Assembly (NCBI RefSeq): GCF_018977255.1
Contig: NW_024704742.1
Coordinates: forward strand, 75,146,001-75,210,000
Reading direction: 5' to 3'
Source: Callorhinchus milii
Lineage: Eukaryota
DNA length: 64,000 nucleotides
This document shows, piece by piece, positions 51,241 to 64,000 of the stretch. The notes under the pieces were generated by a model. The model was not told the DNA's origin and ran no database searches. It was given only the letters and a program-made list of their open reading frames with translations. The position numbers and the translations under genes were made by a program. Positions within the stretch are counted from its first letter, which is position 1, and each line of letters begins with the position of its first letter.

Positions 51241-51649
51241 CCTCTATAAACCTTTATCTTTGCTCACTGTGTCAACGCTTTATCTTTCTCTATTCTCTCT
51301 ACATCCTATTTTTAATTTTAGCCTTAATTTTACAACTTACTGCCTACTTTCTTTTATTCATTTACAATTTAGAAATTAATCATTTATTTTTCAGTGTCTT
51401 TCTATCAACTGCTACTGTTAGAGGCAAGAGAATTTTTTCATTCAAAAGTATTTTACTTTGGCTGGAAACTCAGCTTTATATATTGGCTTTGCAGTCAATG
51501 AAAAGGAAAAGAATAAATAATGACAGGACCAATCATAGATGTAATTGGGTCAATCGCTGATGTGATTTAGGAAGTGAGGGAGTCCCAAAATCTGGGAGTG
51601 CCTCGGCACGACTTCTTGTTAACAATGCTGCACAGGTTAAATTTACTTG

Positions 51650-52355
51650 ATATGTTCTCTTTAACCGTGCCTTCAGCTCCCCTCTCGACTCTCTACCCCA
51701 TCCTCGCTCCCTCCCTTCCCTCCCCTCACCCTGACCATTTCCCCCCTGCTCAGGTCCCGACCCAGCTGTCCATCGCCTTGGGACGTCCTCCCGACGTGAA
51801 AGGCGGTCTATAAATGCAATCTTGTTGTTGTTGTTGTGTGTTCTCTCCCCAGCTCCACCATACACAAAATCCAATTAATTCAAAACTCTGCCGCCCAGAT
51901 ACTCACCTGCACAAAACTCTGTACCCCCATGACTCCAGTTCTTGCCAGGCTCCATTGGCTCCCAAAAGGATAGATTTCAAGATCCTCTCACTCGTTTCCA
52001 AATCACTTAAATCCCTTGCACCTCCCTATCTATCTGACCTGCTTACCCCTCACTCCACCACCCGCTGCCTTACTCGGCTTGTATCCTCCACTCCACCATC
52101 GGTGGCCATGCAACCACTATGTTCATCCACTACATCCCAAAACTCTGGAACTCTCTCCTTCGATCCCTCCGCCTTGCCCCCTCCCTCTCCACATTCAAAT
52201 CCTGCCCAAAGATCTTCCTTTTCAATTGTGCTTATGGTCACCTCCCCCCTCCCTCTTCCCTTGGCTCATTGTCAGACTCCACCACTGTGAAACTCTCCGG
52301 GACACTACCCTACGTGAAGGGTGCTATATAAATGCAAGTTGTTTTTCTTTGCTGT
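51650..52355 (+). mobile_element. Two nested or adjacent L2 3' fragments
   Basis: L2 tails at ~51775-51835 and ~52285-52350; KRIDFKILSLVSKSLKSLAPPYLSDLL. Confidence 0.8.
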
Positions 52356-54959
52356 AAATGAGAGCTAAACGTATCAGGTTGGTACCCAACACAGCACTGA
52401 GCGCGAAATGCTAACTTCATAGATCTGTGAAGATTACATTTGTTTCCGTTTAAAAAAAAAACTAAATCTGTGGAGCTCTCTCCCTTCCAAGTGAATGCAG
52501 TGTCCTTTTCTTCTCCAAGCGGTGGATTAGGAAATTACTTCCTCATGTCTTATCATAATTAACTTGTTTCATCCTGAAGTTGAAATTCCCAATAGCTACT
52601 TACCAATTAGGTAGGTTTTTGAATCTCAGACATTCAGAGATTGGTTGGCTGCCGATTCTTAACACGCGATGGTGAATATTTACTCTTATCTCATGGTAAA
52701 AACCTTCTGTAGTGTGAGCTGAATCAAAGCAGATTCAGTAAATTTTGTAATCTATCACGTCTTTTCTAGGTTTGGACCATTACCATCTTGAAGTGTGACT
52801 ATAGAGAATGAACAGAAAGATAGACTCATTTATATCACTCATTTTGACGGGCTATCAAATTTGTGAATTAAGTAGTCTGGCTACCCAACATATCAAATGA
52901 AAAACTTTTTTTTAAATTCACATTAGCACAAAAACATCCAACTACTGTATATATGGCATGAGTTGTGTTATATTCAGTTTCAAATATTTTATCAAATAGA
53001 TTCAAGTTTTTGATTCAAATAGCATAAAGCATCTTCTGTATATGAGGCTGATTTTGTCCTGTTAAAAATAATATTTTTATTTTCTTCTGTAGATAATTAG
53101 TTTAACTTGATCCTGTGAATTAGAGGCATCCATGTTGCACAGATAATATATTGACTTCATGCACTTTGTGTACATACTGTTTGCTTTCAATGACTGCTCT
53201 GGGTCTCTTTCACGTGAACACTTTTTAATTGACTGAGAAAACTAGAGAGTTCAAACCACCAACAAAGGGTCAAACTACATTTTGCCTTACAATAAGTCAT
53301 AGTTTGTTGGTAGTAGTGTTTTGATCAGAAGTTGTTAATAGATCATTAACTTTCGGGATCTGCTTGTCATGGAAAATAAAGTATTTACTAAAGCAATATT
53401 AAAATAGGATGATATTCCTTCCTACAAATTTCAGTTAAAAAATCTCTTTAAATAAATACTAATAATAAACCTTGCATTTGATATAGAACCTTATCAAGGC
53501 TTTAAGACATCTCAAAGCGCTTCACAGAATATACTGTAAAGTAAATTGACTGTATATTTTATGGCTAAAACACAGCAGCCAATTGTGTAAAGCAGTGTCC
53601 CTCAAACAGTTATGGATTGAGTGACCGAATTATTATTATTATTTATTTATTTTGAAGGGAAAGTGACTATTAGTCCAATCGACTGCCAGCCAGGTTCCTA
53701 TTTACTGCTAGGTAAACAGAGATGAGTGGAGTAAGGAAACTTGCCCAACATTTCGCCCTACCCAATAAATGTGTATCTTTCGGAAAGGCAAATATCGGCT
53801 TGCTAAAGTGCTGCATGTACCTTTAACTAAGAGCCAGGACTGTCATCAGGCTTTGTGCTATGCAGACACAGCACCAATCAATGATTGATCTTATAATCAT
53901 GGGTTTCAGGATATGTCACCTTGGATTTTGTTGCACAAATATACAAAGTTGTGCAATCATACAAACAATCATAGACCTTTAAGGTACAGAAAAAAGCCAT
54001 TCTACCCATCATATCTGTGCCACAGCAACCTGTATTTTCCCCTTATTATTAATCCCACTTTCCCCTTTATCTCCATATTTCTTAATATTCTTACTGCTAA
54101 GGTGCTTATCCTGTTCCCTTCTGAATTGTTCCAGCAATCCAACCTCAACAATCACTTTTGGTAATCAATTTTTTTTGGTCAACCGGGTGTCTGACAAATG
54201 CGGAAACCTATCATGCGGAAACAAAATATTAATTCGGGACTCTGCTTTACTTGTCACTCCACCAAACAAAATATCATGCTTTAGAGCATCTAATCCAAAC
54301 TGAGAGTTCCATGCATCCCACCTTTACATGGAAATTCCAGAGATGTTTGTGGTAATGGATTTCACATTGAGTGAAGAAATTCTTTTTAATCTCTCCCTTC
54401 GTCATTTGTTAATTATCTCAGCGACTAGTAATCCGGAATGACTAGTTAGCCATAGGTCCTCCAGGGCCACAAGGGAGCGCTGTAATTGGTGCGGGCGCTT
54501 GACAGAGTTTGGATGCGCATGCTGTTGCAGATGCCTCTGGTCTATTGCAAGGTCTCACCGTGGCCTCCAGCCCTATCATGTCATAGGATAGGTTGTGAGG
54601 AGGAGCTGGAGGCACATTAATAAACAAGTCCTCCAATAAACCATAGGCCTCTACGATGTATCTGAGCATGTCCACCCAACCTCTACCAACCACCCACATC
54701 AGTCACAGGGTGGGTGGGAGGCCCTCTGCGATGCAAGACGCCATCTTATAGGACTAGTAATGTGATCAATTTTACATTGTTAGTACTTACAAGAATTTCT
54801 AGAATGCAACTAATTATGTGTTAGGTGGAGTGACAAGTAAAGCAGAGTCCCGAATTAATATTTTGCATGGAAGTAGCCAGGATATTGACAGTCTGGTGAC
54901 TTAAGTGTTATTCATAGGTTAAGCCAGGGTCTTGTTATCAGGAGTGTACTATAATAACA

Positions 54960-55655
54960 ATTGTTTGACCTTCACCTATCCTTTCTACCCCACATCTGCA
55001 CCATGACCTGCTTTGCCTTCCCCCACCTACGCAACGTCGCCCGGCTCCGACATTGTCTCACACCGCAGGCCACCAAAACCCTCATGCATGCTTTCATTAC
55101 ATCGAGGCTCGACTATGCAAACTCACTGCTTGTCAGCCTCCCCAACGCCTCCCTCCATAGACTGCAGAGCATCCAGAACTCTGCAGCCCATGTCCTCTCC
55201 CGCCCTCGGCTCCGCGACCCTATCAACTCCATCCTTGCCCAATTCCACTGGCTTCCCATCACACAGAGGATACAGTTCAAGATCCTGGTCCTCACCTTCA
55301 AAGCCCTTCACGGTCTTGCTCTCCTCTACCTCAGCAACCTCCTAATCCCCTACCATCCTGTTCACTCTCTCAGCTCAGCCTGCTTCACGTCCCCCGCCTT
55401 GCTCACCCCACTATCAGTGAATATTAGAACTCCATCCCGCAGTCCCTCCGTCTCGCCCCCTCCTTCGCCACCTTCAAGACCCACCTTAAGACCCTCCTCC
55501 TTGACCATGCTTTCGATCTCCCTGCTTCCCTCCTTGCCCTCCCCCTCCCCAACCCCGACCCTCAGCTCAGGTCCATAACTCTGTCTGTCCAGCGCCTTGG
55601 GACATCCTCCTGACATGAAAGGCGCTTTACAAATGTAATTTTGTTATTGTTGTTA
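54960..55655 (+). mobile_element. L2 LINE 3' fragment
   Basis: TKTLMHAFITSRLDYANSLL..HWLPITQRIQFKILVLTFKALHGLA; L2 tail. Confidence 0.92.
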
Positions 55656-56149
55656 CTTTTACATTCAATGACATGATTTATAAATCCCATTTTCCTTCTT
55701 GCTTTGATTTTTGAACTCCAATCCTGCTTTTAGTAATTTATGTATTTGAACACCAAGATCCCTCTGCTCCTCAACTCCACTGAGTGTTTTACCCTTCATC
55801 TTAGATTAGAACCCTTATTCTATTTCCCATTTATCAGTGTTAAATTGCATCTACTATTTGTCCAGCCATTTCTCGGGTACTCAGTGTCATTTTGGAGACT
55901 GATGCAATCATTTGCCAATCATCCAATTTAGAATCATCAGCAGATTTGCACAGAACCATTCTGTTTCTGTGTCAGTGATGAAAATTTTAAAAAATGGAAG
56001 ACCCATATTGTTAATTTATTACTGCCATTTAACTGTCTATATATCTATCCCTTGGTTTCCTTTGGACTATTGGTACGTTAACATTGCACTCAAAATATTG
56101 TTGCCAAACCTTTCATTTCTATCTTCTGCCCAGATTAACCCAATCTGAA

Positions 56150-56860
56150 TTTTCTTTTGGTCAGCCAAGTGGAATGGCATGTGGAAATGCATCACATTGC
56201 TTAAAAGTATCCAAACCAGACAGAGTTCTATGCATCCCACCTATACGTGGAAATGACCAATATATTTATTAGAACGGAAGTTCTGCTGATGAGCCAGGCT
56301 GGCTGTGCTGTCATCAGCAGTGCCCTGGAATACTGCTCACCTGCCTGGCTCAGGAACTGGACTATCAAGACCGCTACAGAGGGTTAGCTGATTCTCATTC
56401 CATGCATTCTACTTATGTGTGGAAATTCGCTACATATTTATTGGAATGGAATACGCACGTTCTCCCCGGAGAGACGGATACTTACCTAAATCCGGAAAGG
56501 TATTAGGCACAGGTTGCAAGATACCAGAGTGTGCGCTGGGGTCCTACTGGAGTCTAACCAACTAAATCCACAAAGCTTGCCATTGGTAGGACTGCCTGGC
56601 AAGCTTTCCCACTGCTTATCCAGCGAGAACCATGATGCCAGTGAGGGCTTTGGTTTGCCATGTTCATAGGAGTTGAGTGTGAAGAATCCTGCTCCCAATG
56701 ACTGGTCTGCCCTTCCAAGTCCTGCCACTGAAATGGAGTAGTGTCCTGGATTACTGTGGACCCACCTGGCTCAGGAACTGGATTATCGAGACCACCACAG
56801 AAGATTGACTGGATTCTGACATTCCAATGCCAAACATATGACCTTGGAACAAGTTCAGCT
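56150..56860 (-). mobile_element. Unclassified ~600-bp retroposon, rearranged or doubled copy
   Basis: Tail at 56150-56260; two copies of the ctggctcaggaactgga segment (~56345 and ~56767). Confidence 0.7.
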
Positions 56861-57694
56861 AAATACAACCCTATAATATGTCCTCTTTTTCTGTGGCCTT
56901 TAACTCTTTAATTAATAATGCTACTCAACTTCCCTTCCTCTTTTCTCCATTATTCCCGATGATAAACAAATGTCTGAAAGGTGTAATAAAAACAGATGTC
57001 ACCGGGAACACTCAGCAGTTCATGCAGCATCTATGGAGAGAGGAAAGTGAGTTAATGTTTCAGGTCGATAACCTTTTGTCAGAACTGACCTTTCTATTTT
57101 TATTTCAGATTTTCAGCATCTGCAGTATTTTGTCTTTGTCTGAAAAGTGTAACCCGTTGTCTAATGTTTCTGTATTAAAATAGTGGTATCATGGTCATGC
57201 AGTTCAAATACAACAAAAGCACTTTTCACGTCATGCAGATGTTCTAAGGTACTGAAATACAGATGTTTTATTTCAGATAATTTAATGAAATACCTTCTTC
57301 ACTTGAATCCTTTATGATTGTGATGAAGTATAAGTTTTTAAAAGGGAAGACTCCCTCAGAAAGGGAAGGCAAAATAGACTGTTCAGACTTAATTATGTCA
57401 TGCAGAGAGTGGTAAATATGTGAAATAGATTAGCCAAGGAAGCAGTAGTGGCAGATTGTGTTAGCAAATCAAGAAGGAATTAGATATCTATTTGACAAAG
57501 ACATCGATTGAGGGACATTGAGTGAGAGATAGAATTCATGCAGAATTACATTATTTTACTTGGAAACTGTCTCGAATGTTTGCAATGGTCTTTTCTAGTC
57601 TTGTATATTGCTATGTTAATAGTAAATAATGATTATCCTTGCATTTGATATAGCTCACATCGTTGAAACATTTTAAAGTGCTGCACATGATTTA

Positions 57695-58057
57695 ATGATA
57701 ATAATTATAATCTTTACATTTGCGCCTTAACACGTCTTCGAGACGTCTCAAATGCTTCACAGAATATACTGTAAAGTGAATTGATTGTATATTGTGTGGA
57801 AAATATGTAGCAGACATTTTCACACAGCAGTGTTCCTCAAACAGTCGTGGATTCAATGACCAATTTTTTTTTTCAGAGGGATTATTACCCCTGGAAAAAC
57901 GATCCGCCAATCGACTAACAATCGCGTTCCTACTTACTGCTAGGTAAACAGAGGAGTGTGGAGTAAGGAAATTTGCCCAACATTTCACCCTGCCGGGAAT
58001 CTAACCCAGGTCTCTCACTTGCAAGGTAAGCGCTCTAACCACTGAGCTACAGGACTC
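57695..58057 (-). mobile_element. Meta-type tRNA-derived SINE, full length
   Basis: Minus strand: gagtcctgtagctcagtggttagagcgc (A box)...gggttagattccc (B-box-like), Meta-like core, shared tail. Confidence 0.88.
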
Positions 58058-58538
58058 CTCAATGTACATCATAATGTATTTTGTAGGTGAATATTACACA
58101 TCTTTTTAAGGATGGGAAGACTGATAAACCTCCTCCACTATCAGCAGCAGTTTCTTGGGTGCAGCATGAAATTGAAACTTTGCCATGCAATTTGGTGGTG
58201 GAAAACAATGAATAGCAATAAGGAACTTTCCGTGAAAAAGGGAATTGATTATAGGCGACTCAAATTAAAGGCTTGACTTGATGTTAATTGTTCCATCCAG
58301 CTGCCAAAAAGAACTGCAGGAAACTGGCTTCTAAATTAAGACTGAATTTAATATTTTTGCAAGATTTTCAGTTTTACGGTAATGGGATAGAAATTCCAAG
58401 CATTACAATGCAAACAAGTTATAGATTGGCCACATAATTTGAGAAATATATTAAGATGAGGTGGGAAACTTACATGCAATATTCCTGTGGGCTGTTTGCA
58501 CAAATTCTTTGGGGATATGCTGGTGCTTTCAATGCCAT

Positions 58539-59136
58539 CTATCCTCCTTGAGGTGGAGGTAAGCGAGGTCTCCTTGGAGCTGAACTGGCTCCAAGGTGAC
58601 ATGACTGACAACGGAATGTCAGAATCGAGCCAGTCCTCTGTGGTGGTCCCGGTAATCCAGTTGCTGAACCAGGCACGTCCGCAGTATTCCGGGGCACTGC
58701 TGATGACAGCGTAGCCAGCCTGGCTCAATCCGCAGGACCTGGAGGAGCAAACCTATGACTGGAGGCAGGGAATCATTCCACTCAGCTCCTGTTAACCCTG
58801 CAAGCCAAAGCCCTATCAGGTTGGGTGGTCCTAGCTGGACAAGCAGCGGGAAAGCTTGCCAGACATCGATATGCAATTTTAGCTGATTAGACTCCAGCAG
58901 TTACCCCAACGCACACTCTGGGGTCCCCAAGCCTTGACTCTTGCCAACCTGCGCCTAATAGTTTCCGGAATTAGGTAAGCAGAATGCATCCCTCCAGGCA
59001 GAGAGTGTGCATTCCATTCCAACAATCTATCTCTGGGATTTCCATGTGTAGTTGGGATGCATTGAATTCTCATTTAATACTCTTAAGCATGGCAATGGGT
59101 TTGTGTCAGACACCCAGCTGACCAAAACAAAAAAAG
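58539..59136 (+). mobile_element. Unclassified ~600-bp poly(A) retroposon, full length with candidate 10-bp TSD
   Basis: Flanked by tcaatgccat at 58529-58538 and 59137-59146; A-rich tail; homologous to about nine other pieces in the window. Confidence 0.85.
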
Positions 59137-60330
59137 TCAATGCCATGGAAAGGACCTGGCATTCCCACTTGTTCTGGGACAACTCTCTTAATGTAGGAAT
59201 TTGCACCATTTTTAGAGCAACATCAGCACTGTGTATATACAGTTGTTTGAAACAATGTAAACTATGATGGTGGAGACCACAGATCTTGGCGTAGTTACCA
59301 ATGGAAGATTTGGAAACATAAAACATAGAAAGAAATCTGAGGACTACCGTTTGGTGTTGCAAACATTCATTTACCTGGCAAAAAATAACTGTATTATTCA
59401 TTACGTTGTCAATGTTACTACCAGCAGAGCAATATGCTGTGTTTCCTCTTTCTAACTCCCAAATCCTTTGTGAGCTCATTAGTTTAACTCAATGTTTTTG
59501 ATACATACATGAGAGAGAAAGAGGGCTTGCCTCCTGAATGTGTGTATTCCCAGGGTTAAGGGGGAAGATGAGGGGTGGAGTTCAATGGCCTGGTCTCCTC
59601 ACACATTCACTCACCCTAGCAATGTACCCCTGCATCTCAAAACATCCCCTCAAAGGTGCTTTGCCAAGCAGTCACATTTTCCATTCTCCTTCCTCTAAAA
59701 CTTTTTAGTGCTAAGTGCTCCTCCAATGTGTGTTGTCTCGTCATCTATCTTGCTCTCTGAGGTGCTTTAATCTGCGTGGAACTGTACAGTTGTAGTACTC
59801 GATGAAGTGTTGAATTGTTATTCAGGGCCGAGAGGAGGATATAATTACTATTCTTCTGGGTCTCATCATCTAGGTTTCCTCCTACTCCTCTGTGGGAAGG
59901 ATGGTGGCTGACATCCAACTTAAAAGATTCACTTAACCTCAAGGTCATAGGCTGCTCACTAGTTGTGTTGGGTTGAAGGATGAGTGGATGGACAGCAGGA
60001 AAGCCACAAGAAAAACAAATGATAAACACATGAACCAGGTTCAGTAACAAAGTAGACATTCCCTATTGAACTTCATAATTGACCTCTTCTTGCCTCTTGT
60101 TTTGGTGCCAGCAAAGCGACTGGTCCATTCAGCAGCCTCCTTCTCTTGACGCCATTCCCCTCTCCTGTGTTGCTCTGCGCTTGGATCCATGGATGTTAAA
60201 CGCACTTTCCTCGATGGTGGGCCGCCAGCCTGTGTGGGGAAAACCGATGACTGGAGCCAGAGCAACCAGGGACACTGCACTGGAGTCCCATCCGAACTTC
60301 GTCTCTGGAAAGCGTTTGCCTGTTACATGA

Positions 60331-60735
60331 AGTCCTGTAGAGTAATGGTTAGAGCATTCACTTCACAATTGAGAGGACCCGGGTTCAATTCCTTGGCAGG
60401 GCGAAACCTTAGACAAACCTCATTTTAATATATTTCCCAAATTATGTGACCAATCTATAACTTGTTTGGATTGAAATTTCCTTACTCCACATGCTTCTGT
60501 TTACCTAGCAATAAGCAGTAAGTAGGAACCCATTTGTTTGTCAATTAGCAGTTCATTTTCTGGGAGTAATAATCCCTTCAAAAATTAATAAATAAATAAT
60601 AATTATTATTTTGTCACTCAATCCAAGACTGTTTGTGGGACACTGTGGTGTGCAATTGACTTCCGCGTTTCGTTCACAAAATATAAAATATACAATCAAA
60701 TTACTTTATAGTAATTCTGTGAAGCACTTTGAGGT
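60331..60735 (+). mobile_element. Meta-type tRNA-derived SINE
   Basis: agtcctgtagagtaatggttagagc..gggttcaattcc head; ctgtttacctagcaataag core. Confidence 0.8.
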
Positions 60736-61469
60736 TTAATGGCTCATGTCTCAGGTGATGTTAACGATCCCATGACATTACTTGAAAAGCAGAAGGGAGT
60801 TTCTCCTGATGTCCTGGTCACAAATCCCCACATGGCTGTTTGTGAGAAGTTGTATTGAGCAAAATGGCTACTGTACTCACATTCTAAATAAACAGTCTCT
60901 TTACTTTACAGTAAATCCTGTGAGGCATGTTGACAAATCCTCCTGACATGAATGCAAGTCTTCTAAAGATCTAGCCAGAAAATAATTTTTGGAAGTGAAG
61001 GTAGTAAACAAGTTATGTAAACTCCGACAAGTAATAAGGTAAAACAGAGGGATCAGGAAAGATTTGGGAGTTGGGATTTTGGGAGACAGATAATTAGTGA
61101 ATACTATTTCAAAAGTTATTAGACACAAGCGTCAAGGCCATGTGTTAGCCCAGCTCAGTGGTAGCGCTCTCGCCTCTGAATTAGAAGGTTGTGGTTTCAA
61201 CAACAAACAACAACAACAATTTGCATTTGTATAATGCCTTTCACGTCAGGAAGACATCCCAATTCAAAAAGAGAAGGAATTTCTCCAGGTGTCCTGGCTT
61301 CACTGCACTTCCCATGTATCCTATGAAGGGCTTTGGAATGTCTCCCTGACATGAAAGTGGTTATACCAAATTCAAGGGTTATTATTATTATTGCACAGCT
61401 AGGACCATCCCAGCTATTAGTTCTTCAGCACAGGTAATGCAAACTAAATGGTATACAAGCCATGATACA

Positions 61470-62110
61470 AAAACAGGATTTGGGATACAAGTGGATAGAT
61501 TACTGAAACCATCAGTACAGTGTGCGCATTAAATAAGTTAAACAAGATTTTGGGGTGACAGTTAAAGAGAGAAAACATACATCACCGGAAGTGATACTGA
61601 AGATCTACAGGGCACTAATGTATCCCACCTGAAGCACTGCGTTCAATTTTAGTGGCAGTATTACATTAAATATCTTGGCATTGGAAGGGGGTACAACAAA
61701 GGTCACCTAGATTGATAGCTGTAATTAAACACCTGAGTTATGAAGATAGGCTGCAGAAGCTGGGAATGTTTATAGTGAAAAGGGAAGACTCGGGGGAGAT
61801 CTTCTGAATTATTCAAAGTCCTAAAGGACATAGTTAAACCAAATCTAATAATATGCTTCATATGGTTTTAAAAAAATGAGAACGAGGAGACACAGACTCA
61901 AACTCAGAAAAGGAAAGGTAACAAGATTGAAATATTTTACAGAGGAAGTGATGAATATGTGGAAGTAATGGAAGGCAAATTCAAGAGGAAATTAGAACGT
62001 TGAAATTAGAATTCAATTGAGAATTAGAGAACAAGAATATTGCAGTATATGGAGCTTTTTTGTTTAAACTTTGGAACAAGCCAGATAAACGGTCAGTGTC
62101 TTTTCTTATA
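61470..62110 (+). mobile_element. Old CR1 3' fragment
   Basis: Degenerate LKIYRALM..HLKHCVQF..LSYEDRLQKLG. Confidence 0.7.
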
Positions 62111-64000
62111 TATTTCTATATTTAGAAAATATAGACATCTTTTAGAGTGACAAACCAGAATTGCTCTAACATGTATAAAATTATTTTACTGCTATCACTG
62201 AGTTTATCCCTGTCTAGATACCTACGATATATGAGACTCTATTAGTGCACTGCCTTAAGACTGCAGCTTGTTTGTTTGATTGGCAGCAAGCTGGCACTAA
62301 CACTCTCAAGCATATATTGAAGAGCGCTGCGTGCAGAGACCTATTTGTAATTCCAGGCCATAAGCTTCATACATATTGATTCTTGACACAAAGCAGCAGT
62401 GAAAGCCCCTCGGGAATGTTTTAATTTAGCAAGGATCAGTGTGTCGAGGTCATGGAGTGAATAAAGATTAGCTTTGGACAGCTACAGCATGGAATGTAGG
62501 TGCACGTTCCTCCATAGCTATGCTTGTGAGATTCGCACACATATTTCCAAACGTTAAAGATTTGGCTATTACTCTGCACCTGATATTGATATTTGCTGGC
62601 AGTTTTGCCTCCTGCGATTAGGCATTCAATTTAGTCATTTTTCATTTTTCCCTCCAACAATCCACAATCAAACATTTTACTAGAAATTTACTCAAGGGAT
62701 TAAAACACATGGAGCGTTGACAAATTTTGAAATGAGTTGAAAGGAAAAATCACAAATAAATGTTGAAATATTAATCATTTAAAATTATATTTAAATAACA
62801 TATATATTTCTATGATATTGTTTATATCAGAAAAATAAGCACAATTTCCACAGAACAGCGCATACATTGGTAAAAGGCAGGATCATTTTAAGGGAATTGA
62901 TATGGTTTGCAGCCCTTGTTAGCTCCCTTGATTGTGGCACCCTTTTCCCGAGTCACACATGAAAAAAAATGCTCCTTTACACGTAGGTTGAGCAACAATA
63001 ACCATAAAAAGCAGTGACAAGGTTTATCCCCACCACAGATGGATTCATGTGTAAAAACTGCATGTACTTCTGAGATGCCTACAATAATATCAATAAACAG
63101 GTGAAAGTAAACTGGTATAAACTGAAGACTTATAAAAGTCTACATATTGGGATTTAAAATGCAATATTTTCATCTTGAATTGTTTTGTTGATTGTAAATT
63201 CAGATTAATGACTCATGCCATGATTTGCAAATGACGAGTTGCAAATTTCAAGCTGGCAAAGCCGCAAAAATCATTGACTGTTTTGATTAGAGGCCTCAAG
63301 CACTCTGAGACGCTGCCTGCGAGGGGATGGGGGCTATATAAGTGTAAATTGTTGTTGTTTATTCCGAATTTGCCATGTTTGCATTTAAACGTCACATTAA
63401 ATGCTATTTGCAAATATTGCTTTATGGACCTTATTTTTGTCATGAATCAAGCATCAGCCTGGCTCAGTTGCTAGCACTCTCGCCTCTGAGTAAGAAGGTT
63501 TGGGGTTCAAGCCCCACATGGAATTCATACACTCTAGGCTGACACTCCACTGCATTGCTGGAGGTGTGCTGTAATTAAATCCTGTGAAATGCTTGAATTG
63601 TCCTCCAGATGTGAAAGGCATGATATCCAAAGTATTATTATTACATGGTGGGATGCCACCTTCCTTGATTGTGGTTAGAAATATTCACTGTGTCATACCA
63701 CTTTGTATCTTAACTACTATATCTGCAATGTGACCTACTGAAATACAGTGACACCGTCAGCAAGAGAATACGGTCTGCTTTGCAGGATCATTCAGATTCT
63801 TTTAGTTTCGCAATATCTGCTGACATTTCCTGCGGGAAATGCCCTTATGTCTGAAATCACTGATACACAGCAGGAAAAGCAGATGGTATTATTCCCTCTG
63901 TGCTAAGAGAGCAGGTCTCCGATTGCAGAACACTAGGATAATTAAATCACAAAACCTGCTCTGTTGAGATTCAAGAAATTTAAGATCAGGGTTTTTATAA

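Noticed and set aside
57985..58057. tRNA gene
   Set aside because: The tRNA-like sequence is a SINE head continuing into SINE core and tail.
58487..58714. Recurring peptide VSLELNWLQGDM..MSESSQPS as a gene family
   Set aside because: Translation of the unclassified repeat; frames and stops differ between copies.
58690..58740. Hammerhead ribozyme from CTGATGA
   Set aside because: No properly placed GAAA after a stem II; the motif appears to be one arm of a simple hairpin.
49118..64000. Downstream TET catalytic exons
   Set aside because: No TET-like ORF seen; the gene ends in the CXXC4/5-type FRWFF exon. Absence within 64 kb says nothing about linkage.

Overview
Eukaryotic, repeat-dense vertebrate DNA. 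The L2/CR1 LINEs and two tRNA-derived SINE families (Deu-type and Meta-type, sharing an L2-like tail) point to a cartilaginous fish, most likely a chimaera; this is inference. The window holds one host gene on the + strand: a CXXC4/IDAX-like CXXC zinc-finger gene. Its large coding exon spans 15863-16889 (ATG 16062), followed by a 32.2-kb intron and a short last coding exon at 49070-49117 (KVIIPGGGEAFRWFF*) that the ORF track misses, giving about 291 aa. Candidate 5'UTR exons lie near 4.1 and 4.8-5.1 kb, and a long 3'UTR follows 49.1 kb. Nearly all other ORFs are LINE/SINE/LTR debris or simple-repeat artefacts. Most notable observations: (1) the protein mixes CXXC4 and CXXC5 features and may be a third paralogue; (2) a 16x28-bp minisatellite of p53-type half-sites and TGCATG (RBFOX) motifs lies just after a candidate 5' donor; (3) a 255-bp, ~95% identical inverted duplication sits near both ends of the long intron; (4) an unclassified ~600-bp poly(A) retroposon family lacks a tRNA head; (5) three short templated insertions; (6) an LF-SINE/UCON3-like relic in the putative 3'UTR; (7) a Gmr1-type Gypsy remnant with INT before RT. 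Family comparisons are from recalled consensus sequences, not searches. Repeat boundaries are approximate.
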